Source: an uncultured Fibrobacter sp.
GTDB lineage: Bacteria; Fibrobacterota; Fibrobacteria; Fibrobacterales; Fibrobacteraceae
Assembly (NCBI GenBank): GCA_946414075.1
Contig: CAMKNA010000008.1
Location: 7,687-71,686, forward strand
Reading direction: 5' to 3'
Length of the DNA: 64,000 nt
Under the pieces are notes generated by a model that saw only the letters and a program-made list of their open reading frames with translations, ran no database searches and had not been told where the DNA came from. Both the position numbers and the translations under genes were made by a program. This document shows, one piece after another, positions 27,929-37,434 of this stretch; the stretch's first letter is position 1, and each line of letters opens with the position of its first letter.

Positions 27929-29080
27929 TTACTCGTCGCTTCTCGCTTCCCTTGCCCAGCCACCGGATTTTTCACGGCAGAAGGAAAGGAAGAAGCCCTT
28001 GAGCATGGCCATGTTCATGGTCAAGAAATAGTAGGCACCTGGAATCACTTTGAAAAGTCCAATCAGCAAGAAGGCAAGCAGTATGCCAAGGGAAACCCGG
28101 TAGGCGCTATAATGCCAGGCCAGGGGAATGTTCACCAGGAACAGCAAGACAAATATGTGGGGCGAGAACCAGCGCAGAATCTTGTGTGAAAAGAACAGGT
28201 AGCTGCGCAGGGGCCTGAAGGGGTTCAGGAGCGGTAGGTAGGAAAGCAGGTAGTTGAAGTTGGCACGCCCGATACGGACCTTGCGCCTGTATTCGCCGGT
28301 GGTCTCCTTGGACGTCTGCTCGGTGCCGATGGCGCTGGAAATGAAGGTGCTGTAGTAGCCCTTCTGCAGAATTTTCGTGGTGACGAAGAAGTCGTCCATG
28401 ACGCTTTTCTTGGTAGGCAGGTCGGTGTAGAGTTCCCTGCGGATGGCGTACAGGGCTCCGTTTCCGCCGATGAGCAGGTCCATCATGCCTTCGAACTTCT
28501 TGATTTCGGATTCCAGGTCCCAGTAGGCGCTTTCGCCACGGCCCAGTTCGGAGCCGCTCTTGTCGGTGAGAATCAGGTGTCCGCAGGCGCAACCGTTCTT
28601 CTTGTCGCTAAATGGGTCGATAAGCTTACGGATGACATTGGGAAAAAGGATGGTGTTGGCGTCGCAGAAAAGGAGAATTTCTCCGGTGGCATGCTTGTGC
28701 AGCCGGTTCAGCATGGCCGCCTTGCCCGCATTTTGGGGTGCCCTGACGAGGGTGATGCCCTGGTTGCTGTAACGCTCCACAATTTCGGCGGTCTTGTCCT
28801 GCGAGCCGTCGTCGCCAATAAGGATTTCCAGCTTGTCTTTGGGGTAGTCCAGTTCCAGGAGATTCTGGATTTTGCGCTCGATGACGGCTTCTTCGTTGTA
28901 AGCCGAAATAAGGATGGAGACTTTGGGCAGCTCGCCGCCATTGTCAACCCTGTTTCCCTTACGCTTGAATATTTCGCTTACGAAGGGCAAGGTGATGGGG
29001 AACAGCACATAGCAGTGGAAAAGCAGGAACAGCAGTACCCAGTAGGCGACTTGCAAATAGAGAAAAGTCTGCTCGTTCAT
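27929..29080 (-). CDS. Glycosyltransferase family 2 (membrane-anchored)
   Basis: SAYNEE, DDGSQD, CDAN, GALYAIRR, DDF, RRKVRI. Confidence 0.92.
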   Translation of the reverse strand: MNEQTFLYLQVAYWVLLFLLFHCYVLFPITLPFVSEIFKRKGNRVDNGGELPKVSILISAYNEEAVIERKIQNLLELDYPKDKLEILIGDDGSQDKTAEIVERYSNQGITLVRAPQNAGKAAMLNRLHKHATGEILLFCDANTILFPNVIRKLIDPFSDKKNGCACGHLILTDKSGSELGRGESAYWDLESEIKKFEGMMDLLIGGNGALYAIRRELYTDLPTKKSVMDDFFVTTKILQKGYYSTFISSAIGTEQTSKETTGEYRRKVRIGRANFNYLLSYLPLLNPFRPLRSYLFFSHKILRWFSPHIFVLLFLVNIPLAWHYSAYRVSLGILLAFLLIGLFKVIPGAYYFLTMNMAMLKGFFLSFCREKSGGWAREARSDE

Positions 29081-29538
29081 CGTTCAACCCATTCTTTTTC
29101 TTTTTCCAGGAACTTGTCCAGTAGCATCAGCATTTCCTGGGGCGACATGGAATCCGTCACGGTCAATATAGAAAGCCCCTTGGGTGCTATTAGGACAAAT
29201 GATGGGAGTACATTCAGTTCCCATATATCGGAAAAGCACTTCTTGGTGGTTTCCTTTTTTCCATCGCAGACGATAGGGGCTTCGGAATCCACATCCAGTT
29301 TTACGGGATAGAATTTCTTGTTTAGGGTAGACGCCACCGATGGGTTCATGTATACATTCTTGTCCATGACACGGCAGGGGACGCACCAGTCGGCGTACAT
29401 GTCCACAAAGATGAGTCTGGGCTCTGTCTTTGCCTTTTCCAGGGCGGTAGAGTAATCCATCCATTGGACCAGGGATTGGGCGGTGGCGCCAAACAGAAGT
29501 GTTGCCGAGAATAGCAGGCTGGCCAGGAGTCGGAACAT
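29077..29538 (-). CDS. Exported thioredoxin-fold protein
   Basis: Signal peptide, YADWCVPC. Confidence 0.88.
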   Translation of the reverse strand: MFRLLASLLFSATLLFGATAQSLVQWMDYSTALEKAKTEPRLIFVDMYADWCVPCRVMDKNVYMNPSVASTLNKKFYPVKLDVDSEAPIVCDGKKETTKKCFSDIWELNVLPSFVLIAPKGLSILTVTDSMSPQEMLMLLDKFLEKEKEWVER

Positions 29539-29541
29539 GGG

Positions 29542-29898
29542 CTACTCCTCCCTGTGCCTATGCCTGGGTTCGGCGTTGGCCTTGCTGGTCTCGATTAGGG
29601 TGTCCAGACGCGCGATGACTGCCTTTTGAAAAGGGACCCACATGTCCCTATCGTCGAGAATGGCGTTTGCCTTCTTGAGAAAGCGTTCCCTGTTGTAGCC
29701 GGCGCTGTCCAGGATGGCCTTCCGGTGGAGTCGGGCCTTGGGAGAGTCGCTACCGTACATCTGTTCCACAATCAGCAGTTCTGTGTAGGTGTTCACGAAC
29801 TTCTGGTCTACGGTGGGTTCCTTTTTTTCACAACCCGCCTGCAGGCATGCCAGTGCCGCCAGTGCCAAAATCCAGAAGGTGCGCTTGATGGTGGACAT
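29542..29898 (-). CDS. Small lipoprotein (possibly DUF4296-like)
   Basis: Lipobox QAGC; position within the operon. Confidence 0.7.
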   Translation of the reverse strand: MSTIKRTFWILALAALACLQAGCEKKEPTVDQKFVNTYTELLIVEQMYGSDSPKARLHRKAILDSAGYNRERFLKKANAILDDRDMWVPFQKAVIARLDTLIETSKANAEPRHRHREE

Positions 29899-29904
29899 GG
29901 TTGC

Positions 29905-30828
29905 CTATGGAGTTTCTTCTTCCAGGGCGTTTTCAAAAAGGCCCTCTACATATTCGGCCTTGCTGAATGGTACCAACTGGTCGATGCGCTCGCCCATGCC
30001 GATCCAGCGGATGGGAATCTGTAGTGAACTGGCAATGGAAAGGACCGCGCCGCCACGGGCCGTACCGTCGAGCTTGGTGACCACCAGGCCGGTAAGGGGG
30101 AAGCTCTGGTTGAAAATCTTTGTCTGGTTGATGGTGTTTTGGCCGGTGTTGCCATCGATAACGAGCCACATGTCGTGGGGCATCTCGGGGCTTACCTTCT
30201 TGATGACGCGGACTATCTTCTTGAGTTCTTCCATCAGGTAGTCCTTGTTGTGCAGGCGCCCGGCGGTATCGATGAGCACCACATCGCAGCCCCGGGCCAC
30301 GGCCGCATTGCAGGCGTCGAACGCCACCGCTGCCGGGTCGGAACCTTCCTGGTGCTTAACGAATTCGGCTCCGCTACGCTGGGCCCAGGTTTCAAGCTGG
30401 TCGATGGCTGCGGCACGGAAGGTGTCGCATGCGGCGATCATCACCTTCTTGCCTTCGTCTTTTAGGCGGGCGGCCAACTTGCCGATGGTGGTCGTCTTTC
30501 CGGCACCGTTTACGCCGATGACCAACACTACATGGGGCTTGCCCTTAAGTTCAAAAGGCGGCGGATCTTTCAGGAGCCGTTCCGCTTCGCTCCGCATTAT
30601 GTCGAGCACTTGTTCGGTGGTAAGCGACTTGCCCAGGGCCTGTTCGCGGAGGGCGTCCGTCAAAAGGAACGCGGCTTCCACGCCCACATCGGCTTTGATG
30701 AGATGCTCTTCTAGCTCTTCCAGGGTTTCGTCAGTGATCTTCCCGGCGCCTACGATTCCCTTGAGCTCGCCCACCAGGGCGTCGCGGGTTTTGGCAAGGC
30801 CGCTCTTGATGGCAGAAAAAAATCCCAT
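29905..30828 (-). CDS. ftsY: SRP receptor FtsY (no acidic A-domain)
   Basis: [37 protein letters not shown]. Confidence 0.97.
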   Translation of the reverse strand: MGFFSAIKSGLAKTRDALVGELKGIVGAGKITDETLEELEEHLIKADVGVEAAFLLTDALREQALGKSLTTEQVLDIMRSEAERLLKDPPPFELKGKPHVVLVIGVNGAGKTTTIGKLAARLKDEGKKVMIAACDTFRAAAIDQLETWAQRSGAEFVKHQEGSDPAAVAFDACNAAVARGCDVVLIDTAGRLHNKDYLMEELKKIVRVIKKVSPEMPHDMWLVIDGNTGQNTINQTKIFNQSFPLTGLVVTKLDGTARGGAVLSIASSLQIPIRWIGMGERIDQLVPFSKAEYVEGLFENALEEETP

Positions 30829-31409
30829 TATACCAGGCTCTCGACCTTGTCGACCAGGCCGTACGCCTTGGCCTCTTCGGCGCTCATGAAGTTGTCTCGT
30901 TCCGTGTCCTTGTCGATTTCTTCTTGGGTGTGTCCCGTGGTTTCGGCAAGGATCTTGCCAGTGATGTTCCTGATCCGGAGCATTTCTTCGGCCTGAATCT
31001 GGATATCGCTTGCGGGGGCCACGATTTCGCCGTGGATGAGCGGCTGGTGTATCATGATGCGGGCGTTGGGCCAGGCTACTCGTTTGCCCTTGGTTCCAGA
31101 AGTCAGGAGGACCGCACCCATGGAGGCGGCCTGTCCGCAGCAGACGGTCACCACATCACTTTTGATGGCATTCATGGCGTCGTAGATGGCAAGACCGCTG
31201 GAAATGACTCCACCCGGGCTGTTGATGAAAAAGATGATGTCTTCGTGGTTCAGGGAATCCAGGTACAGAAGCTCTTTCACGATGCGTTCGGCGCTTTCGT
31301 CATCGACGCCTCCCCACAGGAAAATGCGGCGTTTGGAAGTCAGGTATTCTTCCGCCTTCTTTAAAAAATCCGGGGTCGCTTGTTCCTTTTTGTCTTTACA
31401 TTCGGCCAT
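30828..31409 (-). CDS. clpP: ATP-dependent Clp protease proteolytic subunit
   Basis: [37 protein letters not shown] coupling to ftsY. Confidence 0.96.
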   Translation of the reverse strand: MAECKDKKEQATPDFLKKAEEYLTSKRRIFLWGGVDDESAERIVKELLYLDSLNHEDIIFFINSPGGVISSGLAIYDAMNAIKSDVVTVCCGQAASMGAVLLTSGTKGKRVAWPNARIMIHQPLIHGEIVAPASDIQIQAEEMLRIRNITGKILAETTGHTQEEIDKDTERDNFMSAEEAKAYGLVDKVESLV

Positions 31410-31479
31410 AAGAGATTCCTTTGTATTTACGGGGATAATTTAGAAAAAAAGCGTACTGCATTTTTGCTATCTTTGAGCC

Positions 31480-32244
31480 ATGTTCGGCAAGAAACAGAAG
31501 TATTTGGCGGGGCTTATCGATTCGGAAGTCCTGTCTGCCATTGAGTCGGATTCCATGCACCCCGTGTTCCTGGACCTGCAGGCCTGTTCGGCGCTGGAAA
31601 TCCGTTATGACTTTTTTGAGCCTTCATGCTGGGATGGGCTTTCGGCACGGGTCCGCAAGCTCGCTCCCCATGCTCTGCAGATAGGGACCATCCGTCTTAA
31701 GCGGGATGGCGGAATTTTTCAGGACGCCAGTGCCGGGGAACGCCTGCCTTTGTGGAAGTCCCTTCTGGAGTCGGAGCAGGTACCGGACTGGCTGGACTTG
31801 GAGCAGGACTGTCTCTATGATTACGAGGCCCTGTCCTCCCTTGCGGACGGCCGGGATGTGAAGATTCTTATCTCCCAGCACAATTTTTTCAGGGTGCCCA
31901 CCGCCATGGAACTGCGGGATTTTGCTCGTGATGTCTCCCGTCTGGGGGCGGAAGGGCTGAAAATTGCCGCCATGTGCAATTCCGAAGATGATTGCGAACG
32001 CCTCTACGAATTTACGCAGCGAAATTCCGGTGACTTTGACCTGTTTGCCGCCTTCGGCATGGGTGATTTCGGACGGGTAAGTCGCGTCTGGTCCCTAAAA
32101 GAGGGCGCGAACCTGACATACGGGGCCATAGGCCGTGCCGCCGCTCCCGGACAAATTTGCATCCCCGAGATGTCCGAGGCGTTGGAAAAACTGCCGGAAA
32201 TCCATTCTAAGTTCGAAATGGCTGCGTTTTTAAACGGGAAATGA
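31480..32244 (+). CDS. aroD: Type I 3-dehydroquinate dehydratase
   Basis: EIRYD, TIR..DGG, DLE, ISQHNF, KIA, FGMG..G.VSR, AAPGQ. Confidence 0.88.
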   Translation: MFGKKQKYLAGLIDSEVLSAIESDSMHPVFLDLQACSALEIRYDFFEPSCWDGLSARVRKLAPHALQIGTIRLKRDGGIFQDASAGERLPLWKSLLESEQVPDWLDLEQDCLYDYEALSSLADGRDVKILISQHNFFRVPTAMELRDFARDVSRLGAEGLKIAAMCNSEDDCERLYEFTQRNSGDFDLFAAFGMGDFGRVSRVWSLKEGANLTYGAIGRAAAPGQICIPEMSEALEKLPEIHSKFEMAAFLNGK

Positions 32245-32328
32245 GACTTTTCCTTTTTTTATCCTTATTTTTTGGCAAAAGGGACTTAAATTTTCTAAAT
32301 ATCTATTTTGTACATCGAGGATAACGAT

Positions 32329-32793
32329 ATGCGTCTTTCTGAACGGTTTGTAGATAATTGCATTTTGATTAACTCTCCTTGCGAAACCAAGGAAGCCATT
32401 CTGAACGAACTGGTTGACACTCTTTGCAGCGCTTATAAGCTGGAACATCGCGACGAAATTTTTGAGGCTGTCTGGAACCGCGAGAAGACCCGCTCCACGG
32501 GTATCGGATGTGGCTTGGCTGTGCCCCACGCGAAGATCGACTATGTGGACCGCATGTGCATGGTGGCCGCCACTGTGGCGGGTGGTCTGGATTTCGAGTC
32601 CTTCGACGGGGAGCCTGTCTACCTGCTGATTCTCATTGTGAGTCCCGGCAACACCGTCGGGCCTCACCTGAAGGCCTTGTCTTCCGTAAGCCGGCTTTTG
32701 GCCGATGGCAATGTGCGCAAGGAGCTGATAGCTGCCAAGACTCCGGCGGAGTTCCTGGCCATCCTTCGCAGCGCCGAGGACAAGTATTTGTAG
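32329..32793 (+). CDS. Stand-alone PTS EIIA (Fru/Ntr family)
   Basis: REKTRSTGIGCGLAVPHAK, DFESFDGEPV, HLKALS; SD GAGG. Confidence 0.92.
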   Translation: MRLSERFVDNCILINSPCETKEAILNELVDTLCSAYKLEHRDEIFEAVWNREKTRSTGIGCGLAVPHAKIDYVDRMCMVAATVAGGLDFESFDGEPVYLLILIVSPGNTVGPHLKALSSVSRLLADGNVRKELIAAKTPAEFLAILRSAEDKYL

Positions 32794-32804
32794 GGCGCCG
32801 CCCC

Positions 32805-32833
32805 TTGACAAGGCCCAAGCCGTTTTATATATT
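32805..32833 (+). promoter_or_regulatory. Sigma70-type promoter of tRNA-Val
   Basis: TTGACA (32805-10), 17-bp spacer, TATATT (32828-33). Confidence 0.85.
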
Positions 32834-32845
32834 TGCTCGCACCTC

Positions 32846-32920
32846 GGACGGTTAGCTCAGTTGGTTTAGAGCGCTGCTTTCACACGGCAGAGGTCACTGG
32901 TTCAAATCCAGTACCGTCCA
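32846..32920 (+). tRNA. tRNA-Val(CAC), CCA not encoded
   Basis: Acceptor GGACGGT/ACCGTCC, D-arm GCTC..GAGC, anticodon stem CTGCT/GGCAG with loop TTCACAC, T-loop TTCAAAT. Confidence 0.96.
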
Positions 32921-32924
32921 CTCG

Positions 32925-32952
32925 AAAGGCTCTGCTTCGGCAGGGCCTTTTT
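32925..32952. terminator. Terminator after tRNA-Val (possibly bidirectional)
   Basis: AAAGGCTCTGC-TTCG-GCAGGGCCTTTTT. Confidence 0.88.
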
Positions 32953-32972
32953 GTTTTTGACATTGGGCGGGG

Positions 32973-34016
32973 TTAGACCTGCGAGAAGAACAGGTCCGAA
33001 AGGGCCGCCCTGAACTGGTTGATGCGGTCGGCGCTTGGTTCCCGGTGGGGCCAGGTGAAGTTGCTCAGGAGTACCGCCGCCGCTCCCCTCTCGGGGTCGG
33101 CCACGATGCTCGCTCCGGTGAAGCCGGTCTTGCCGAATGTGCGAGGGGAGCGGTACTTGCCCATGAAACGCTCGGCGTTCAGTTCCCAACCTAGGGCCGT
33201 CTCGGCGCCTACTTCGGGGGCGAAGGCGTTTCGGCTGACCATGTCGAGAAGTCCAGCGGGAGCGACGGTCCGGCCCTGGAAGACTCCATCATTCAGCACC
33301 ATCTGGACAAAACGGAGTAGGTCGGGTACGGTGCTGAACATGCCGGCGGAACCCACCGGGAAAAGCTTCCGCAGGACCCAGGCGCTCTCGTCGTGGATTT
33401 CGCCCTGGATGGTGCGGCCCCGGAATGCACATTCTTCCGTAGGCATGATCTGTTCCTTGGGGAACCGTTCCAGAGGGTCCCAGCCGGAGCGTTCCATGCC
33501 CAGGGGGGTAAAGAAAGTTTCGTGCCCCAATTCCTGGAGGGACTTGCCGGTGAGACGGTTCAGCACGATCCCGAGGAGCACGCTGGCGGGGTTCCCGTAG
33601 TTGAAGGCCTTGCCCGGCGCAATCTGGAACTGGTAGCTGTACAGGGCCTCGAGAATCCCTTCGGGCGGGAGCGTCCGGAGGGTCTTCATGGGCACCCGAT
33701 AGTCCAGGCTGTGGGTCAGCAGGTGGAAGATGCGAATGTCGTCCCGGTAGTTTGTCTTAAGTTCCGGAATGAAATCTGTGACCTTGGTGTCCACATCCAG
33801 CTTGCCCTGTAGAATGGCGCAGAGGGCCAGGGTCGAAGTGGGGCAGACCTTGGTCAGCGAAGCGATGTCGAAGATGGTATCCGCACTAGTATCCAGCGTG
33901 GCGATATGATAGGAGCCATCAGGTAAAACGAATCCCGCCACCGCCTTGCTGAAGACGCCTTGTGCTTGGCCTTGCCGCAACAAATTATGGATAGTCTCTT
34001 CTTGAAACAATCGCAA
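32973..34016 (-). CDS. Serine hydrolase, beta-lactamase/class C-like family
   Basis: FDIASLTK (SxxK), LLTH, FNYGN, GKTGFTG; TTG start is uncertain. Confidence 0.88.
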   Translation of the reverse strand: MRLFQEETIHNLLRQGQAQGVFSKAVAGFVLPDGSYHIATLDTSADTIFDIASLTKVCPTSTLALCAILQGKLDVDTKVTDFIPELKTNYRDDIRIFHLLTHSLDYRVPMKTLRTLPPEGILEALYSYQFQIAPGKAFNYGNPASVLLGIVLNRLTGKSLQELGHETFFTPLGMERSGWDPLERFPKEQIMPTEECAFRGRTIQGEIHDESAWVLRKLFPVGSAGMFSTVPDLLRFVQMVLNDGVFQGRTVAPAGLLDMVSRNAFAPEVGAETALGWELNAERFMGKYRSPRTFGKTGFTGASIVADPERGAAAVLLSNFTWPHREPSADRINQFRAALSDLFFSQV

Positions 34017-34036
34017 ATTCCTTCTTAAATTTTATT

Positions 34037-34131
34037 GAGTTAGAAACAAGCAGGACAAGGCACGAGCTCCCGTAGCGTACTAAAGCGTACGTGAGGGAGC
34101 GAGTAACGCAGTAATGCGTAGTTTATAACTC
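34037..34131. repeat. About 95-bp palindromic MITE-like element overlapping the lysA stop codon
   Basis: Terminal inverted repeats GAGTTAGAAAC / GTTTATAACTC (10/11); internal hairpin GCTCCC-GTA-GCGTAC-TAAAGC-GTACGT-GA-GGGAGC. Confidence 0.55.
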
Positions 34132-35382
34132 GATAATTCTATCGTTTTGCAATAGCTGTTCGAACGACTGACGCTCGCGGATAACCTTCAGTTCACCCTT
34201 GGTGTACATGGTCTCGGCGGCATAGCGGCGGCTGTTGTAGTTGCTGCTCATGGCGGCCCCGTAGGCACCGGCGTCGTGGAGGATCAGCAGGTCGCCCACC
34301 TTGGCCTTGGGGAGCTTGCGGGTCACCACGAATCCGCCCTCTTCCTGGGTGAACACATCGCCGGATTCGCAGAGCGGGCCTGCCACGATGGCGTCCACCG
34401 TTTCGTCAAGATGGCGACCGTCACGGGCGATGATGGAAATGCCGTGGTAGCTGCCGTAGAAGCTGGGGCGTACCAGGTCGGTAAAGCCGGCATCTAGCAG
34501 GTAGAACAGGTTGTCGCCCTGCTTTTTCACGGCGCGGATTTCGGCCATCAGGTAGCCGCTCTCGGCCACCAGGTAGCGCCCGGGTTCCACTTCTAGATGT
34601 ACCTCGTGGCCGATGCTCTGCTGGATACGCTTGCGGGCGTTGTCCCACAGATCAAAGTAGGCCTTCATGTCGATGCGGTTGCCCTTGTCTTCCTCATGGT
34701 AGGGAATGGGGAGGCCGCCCCCTGCGCTGATGGTGCGAACATGGCTACCCAGGCGGCGGCTAGCGTCTACCATGGCGTCGCAAACTTGGGAAAGGTGCTC
34801 GAAGTCGGAGCCGGAACCGATATGCATGTGCAGTCCCGTAATCCACATGCCGTTATTCTGGGCAAGCTTGATGCAGTCCTTGATCTGCTCGTGCCATACG
34901 CCGTGCTTGCTCAGGGGGCCGCCGGTGTTCACCTTGCTGGAGTGGCCGTGGCCAAAGCCTGGGTTCACGCGGAGGGTCAGTTCCGACTTCACGCCGAAAT
35001 CGGCCAGCTGCTGGATCATGTCGGGGGAGCCCACATTCACCGCGATGTTGTGTTCCTTCACCAGTTCGAGAGCGTCACGGTCAAAGATGTCGGCGGTATA
35101 GACGATTTCGGGAGCCTTGCCCTTTTGCTGGCCGCCCTTGAAGCCCGCCTTGAGGGCGCGGACGATTTCGCCTGCGGAGACGGCATCGACTACGCCGCCC
35201 AGCTTACGAACAAGCGAAACGATGGAGAGGTTCGGGCATGCCTTCTGGGCAAAGCGGACCGTATCGAAAACCTGGGTTTCTTTGACTCGCTTTTCGATGG
35301 TCTCGCGGTCGTAAATCCAGAGGGGGGTGCCGTACTGTTCAGCGGCCTTTACAAAAACTTCTTCGGGGATAGTGTAATTCAT
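34123..35382 (-). CDS. lysA: Diaminopimelate decarboxylase
   Basis: GTPLWIYD, FAQKAC (PLP Lys), HMHIGS, EPGRYLV, GPLCESGD, GAYG..MSSNYN. Start set at MNYTIP. Confidence 0.96.
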   Translation of the reverse strand: MNYTIPEEVFVKAAEQYGTPLWIYDRETIEKRVKETQVFDTVRFAQKACPNLSIVSLVRKLGGVVDAVSAGEIVRALKAGFKGGQQKGKAPEIVYTADIFDRDALELVKEHNIAVNVGSPDMIQQLADFGVKSELTLRVNPGFGHGHSSKVNTGGPLSKHGVWHEQIKDCIKLAQNNGMWITGLHMHIGSGSDFEHLSQVCDAMVDASRRLGSHVRTISAGGGLPIPYHEEDKGNRIDMKAYFDLWDNARKRIQQSIGHEVHLEVEPGRYLVAESGYLMAEIRAVKKQGDNLFYLLDAGFTDLVRPSFYGSYHGISIIARDGRHLDETVDAIVAGPLCESGDVFTQEEGGFVVTRKLPKAKVGDLLILHDAGAYGAAMSSNYNSRRYAAETMYTKGELKVIRERQSFEQLLQNDRIIEL

Positions 35383-35402
35383 GGGGAGAAAGATAGAAAA
35401 TG

Positions 35403-35433
35403 AAAAACGCCGAGCGACATGCCCGGCGTTTTT
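35403..35433 (-). terminator. Intrinsic terminator after the CBM48 gene
   Basis: AAAAACGCCGAGC-GACAT-GCCCGGCGTTTTT. Confidence 0.8.
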
Positions 35434-35454
35434 GCGATATTTCAATAGGCGCAA

Positions 35455-35853
35455 TTAGACGTTCTTGATCTTGTTGTCGCCTTCGTCCCAGTACTGACCG
35501 TCGCACACGAACTTGTACTCGTACTGGCCAGCGTCCAGGGCCACCTTGCCAATCCAGAGACCGGTCTTCTTGTCCTTCTTGAGCATATCCTTGTCGATAG
35601 CCCAGTTGTTGAAGGAACCGGCGACGGAAACGGTAGTGGCCAGGGGGCAGTTGGCTTCGAACACCACGGTTACTTTCTTGGAAGCCTTGGGGGCAGCCTT
35701 CTTGGCGGGGGCCTTAGCGGCAGCCTTCTTTTCGGCGGCGGGCTTGGTAGCCTTAGGAGCAGCCTTGGTGGCGGCCTTCTTGGCCGGAGCGGCCTTTACG
35801 GCAGCCTTCTTGGCGGCGGGGGCCTTTGTTGTTTTTGCAGTAGCTTTTGCCAT
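35455..35853 (-). CDS. Lys/Ala/Pro-rich histone-like tail fused to a glycogen-binding CBM48 (AMPK-beta type) domain
   Basis: Residues 1-60 are PAKKAA-type repeats; then VAGSFNNW and GQYEYKFVCDGQYW; SD AAGGAG; own terminator. Confidence 0.88.
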   Translation of the reverse strand: MAKATAKTTKAPAAKKAAVKAAPAKKAATKAAPKATKPAAEKKAAAKAPAKKAAPKASKKVTVVFEANCPLATTVSVAGSFNNWAIDKDMLKKDKKTGLWIGKVALDAGQYEYKFVCDGQYWDEGDNKIKNV

Positions 35854-36045
35854 GATAATCTCCTTTACTTAGTCCGGGCCCAAAGATAGTAAAAAAAAGT
35901 TTAACTGTCTAATAAAAAATGAAATTATTTGAAAAACGCTGGTTTACGGGTGACCAATTGCTGAAATTAGGCGAAAAAACGGCTTTGACATGGTGAGGAA
36001 AACTATCTATTTTGGTGCGTAAATAAAATAAAGGAGCAAATTCAA

Positions 36046-37416
36046 ATGAAAAAGAGCTTAACACTCATGCTTGCCGCGACATCCGCATTTTTCTTTGCCT
36101 GCGGCGATGATGGCAGTTCGGACAACGGAACCGGTAGCGGCAGCGTTACTGTCGAGGAGTCTGGAACTATCATTGTTGATACCCTGAAAAAGACCACTAT
36201 CGTTGTAACGGAGGAGTCCGAAGATGCGTGCGTCAACGAGGGCGCCGGTGTCTACACATGGAAAACTGTGGATATGGGCCTGGATTCTAGTTTTTCGAAG
36301 TATGAATTCGTAGGTGACACCCTGGTGATGTACGATTGCGATTATATGGATGGGGAGGGCGATCTTGGGGGATGCGAGAATGCCGGCCAGATGATGGTTG
36401 GAGGCGATGCTCCCAAGCTGGACGGTACTTGGAAAGCGATTTTCTGCATGTATGATTCCGAAGAATCCGAAACACACTGTTTCAAACGCTGTGAGGATAT
36501 TCCTGGAGGTAGGCTCACCGAGAAAGAAGCCGCGGCTTTGAATCCCCAGGAACTGGACTCGAGCCTGATAGATCGCATGAATTGCCTTACCCAAATGGAA
36601 CTAACCCAGTATGGTCTCGACGAGGAAACGGTCAAGATTTCGGGCAACTCGATTTCGGCCAAGGTAACCCTTTATTATGATGATGAAGAATTCGATGATT
36701 ACATGAATTCCATGTTTATGACCAGTTTATACAGGAGTCTGACAAATGGCAGGGCGGTGATTCCCAGCCCAGACCTCCTGACCGTAGAGGATTCTTCTGG
36801 TGTGGCAGAGTATCTCAGTTTGTCCAACATAGAAGTGACAAAACAGAACAAGAACAGCGTCACTTTTAAGATTGCGGATCAAACGGTCTCGGTGAGTGTC
36901 GATGAATACAATCTCTCTGAAAGATTTGAATTTGCCATGACCATTTCCGTAAATGGGAAAAGCTGTGCGCTGCAGGAAGAAGAAGGCGAAGTGTCCAAGC
37001 GCGAATGCAATGTGGAATACGAGAAATTTTTAGAAATGAGCCCGTATAAGGATGCTTCCGGCAATGAGTTTGTTATTGCCTATGAATACGAAAAGTCCAA
37101 TGAAGATGAATTCGAAGAATGTTCTGAAGCATTGATGGATTCCTTGTACGCATCCATCATGAAAAATGAAGGTGGCTCTATGGGTGACGATAATTGTGGG
37201 AACATTATCCAGGAATATTATGTTTGCACTGCGGCAGGATCGATATCCAACTGCAATTATTCTGGCTATCAGGAATGTTTGGCGGCCTTAACCGATGAGA
37301 ACGAAATGGTGTCGTCTTTCCCGAAAAAGGCAGTGTCTTCTCGTGAACAGGCCAAGAAGAAATTTCTCAAGGTTTCTCGTAAGTTCGCGCGCATGATAAA
37401 GAAACTCGCCGAATAA
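36046..37416 (+). CDS. Acidic Cys-rich lipoprotein of unknown function with basic C-terminal tail
   Basis: Lipobox FFAC-GDD; SD AAGGAG. Confidence 0.85.
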   Translation: MKKSLTLMLAATSAFFFACGDDGSSDNGTGSGSVTVEESGTIIVDTLKKTTIVVTEESEDACVNEGAGVYTWKTVDMGLDSSFSKYEFVGDTLVMYDCDYMDGEGDLGGCENAGQMMVGGDAPKLDGTWKAIFCMYDSEESETHCFKRCEDIPGGRLTEKEAAALNPQELDSSLIDRMNCLTQMELTQYGLDEETVKISGNSISAKVTLYYDDEEFDDYMNSMFMTSLYRSLTNGRAVIPSPDLLTVEDSSGVAEYLSLSNIEVTKQNKNSVTFKIADQTVSVSVDEYNLSERFEFAMTISVNGKSCALQEEEGEVSKRECNVEYEKFLEMSPYKDASGNEFVIAYEYEKSNEDEFEECSEALMDSLYASIMKNEGGSMGDDNCGNIIQEYYVCTAAGSISNCNYSGYQECLAALTDENEMVSSFPKKAVSSREQAKKKFLKVSRKFARMIKKLAE

Positions 37417-37434
37417 AAAAGAAAAGGGCTTGTT

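Noticed and set aside
32846-32973. tRNA as integration site of an island
   Set aside because: No integrase and no duplicated tRNA 3' end; the flanking genes look chromosomal.
33000-33900. Antibiotic-resistance beta-lactamase
   Set aside because: SxxK fold only, with no signal peptide; more likely a cytoplasmic esterase/peptidase, so resistance cannot be claimed.
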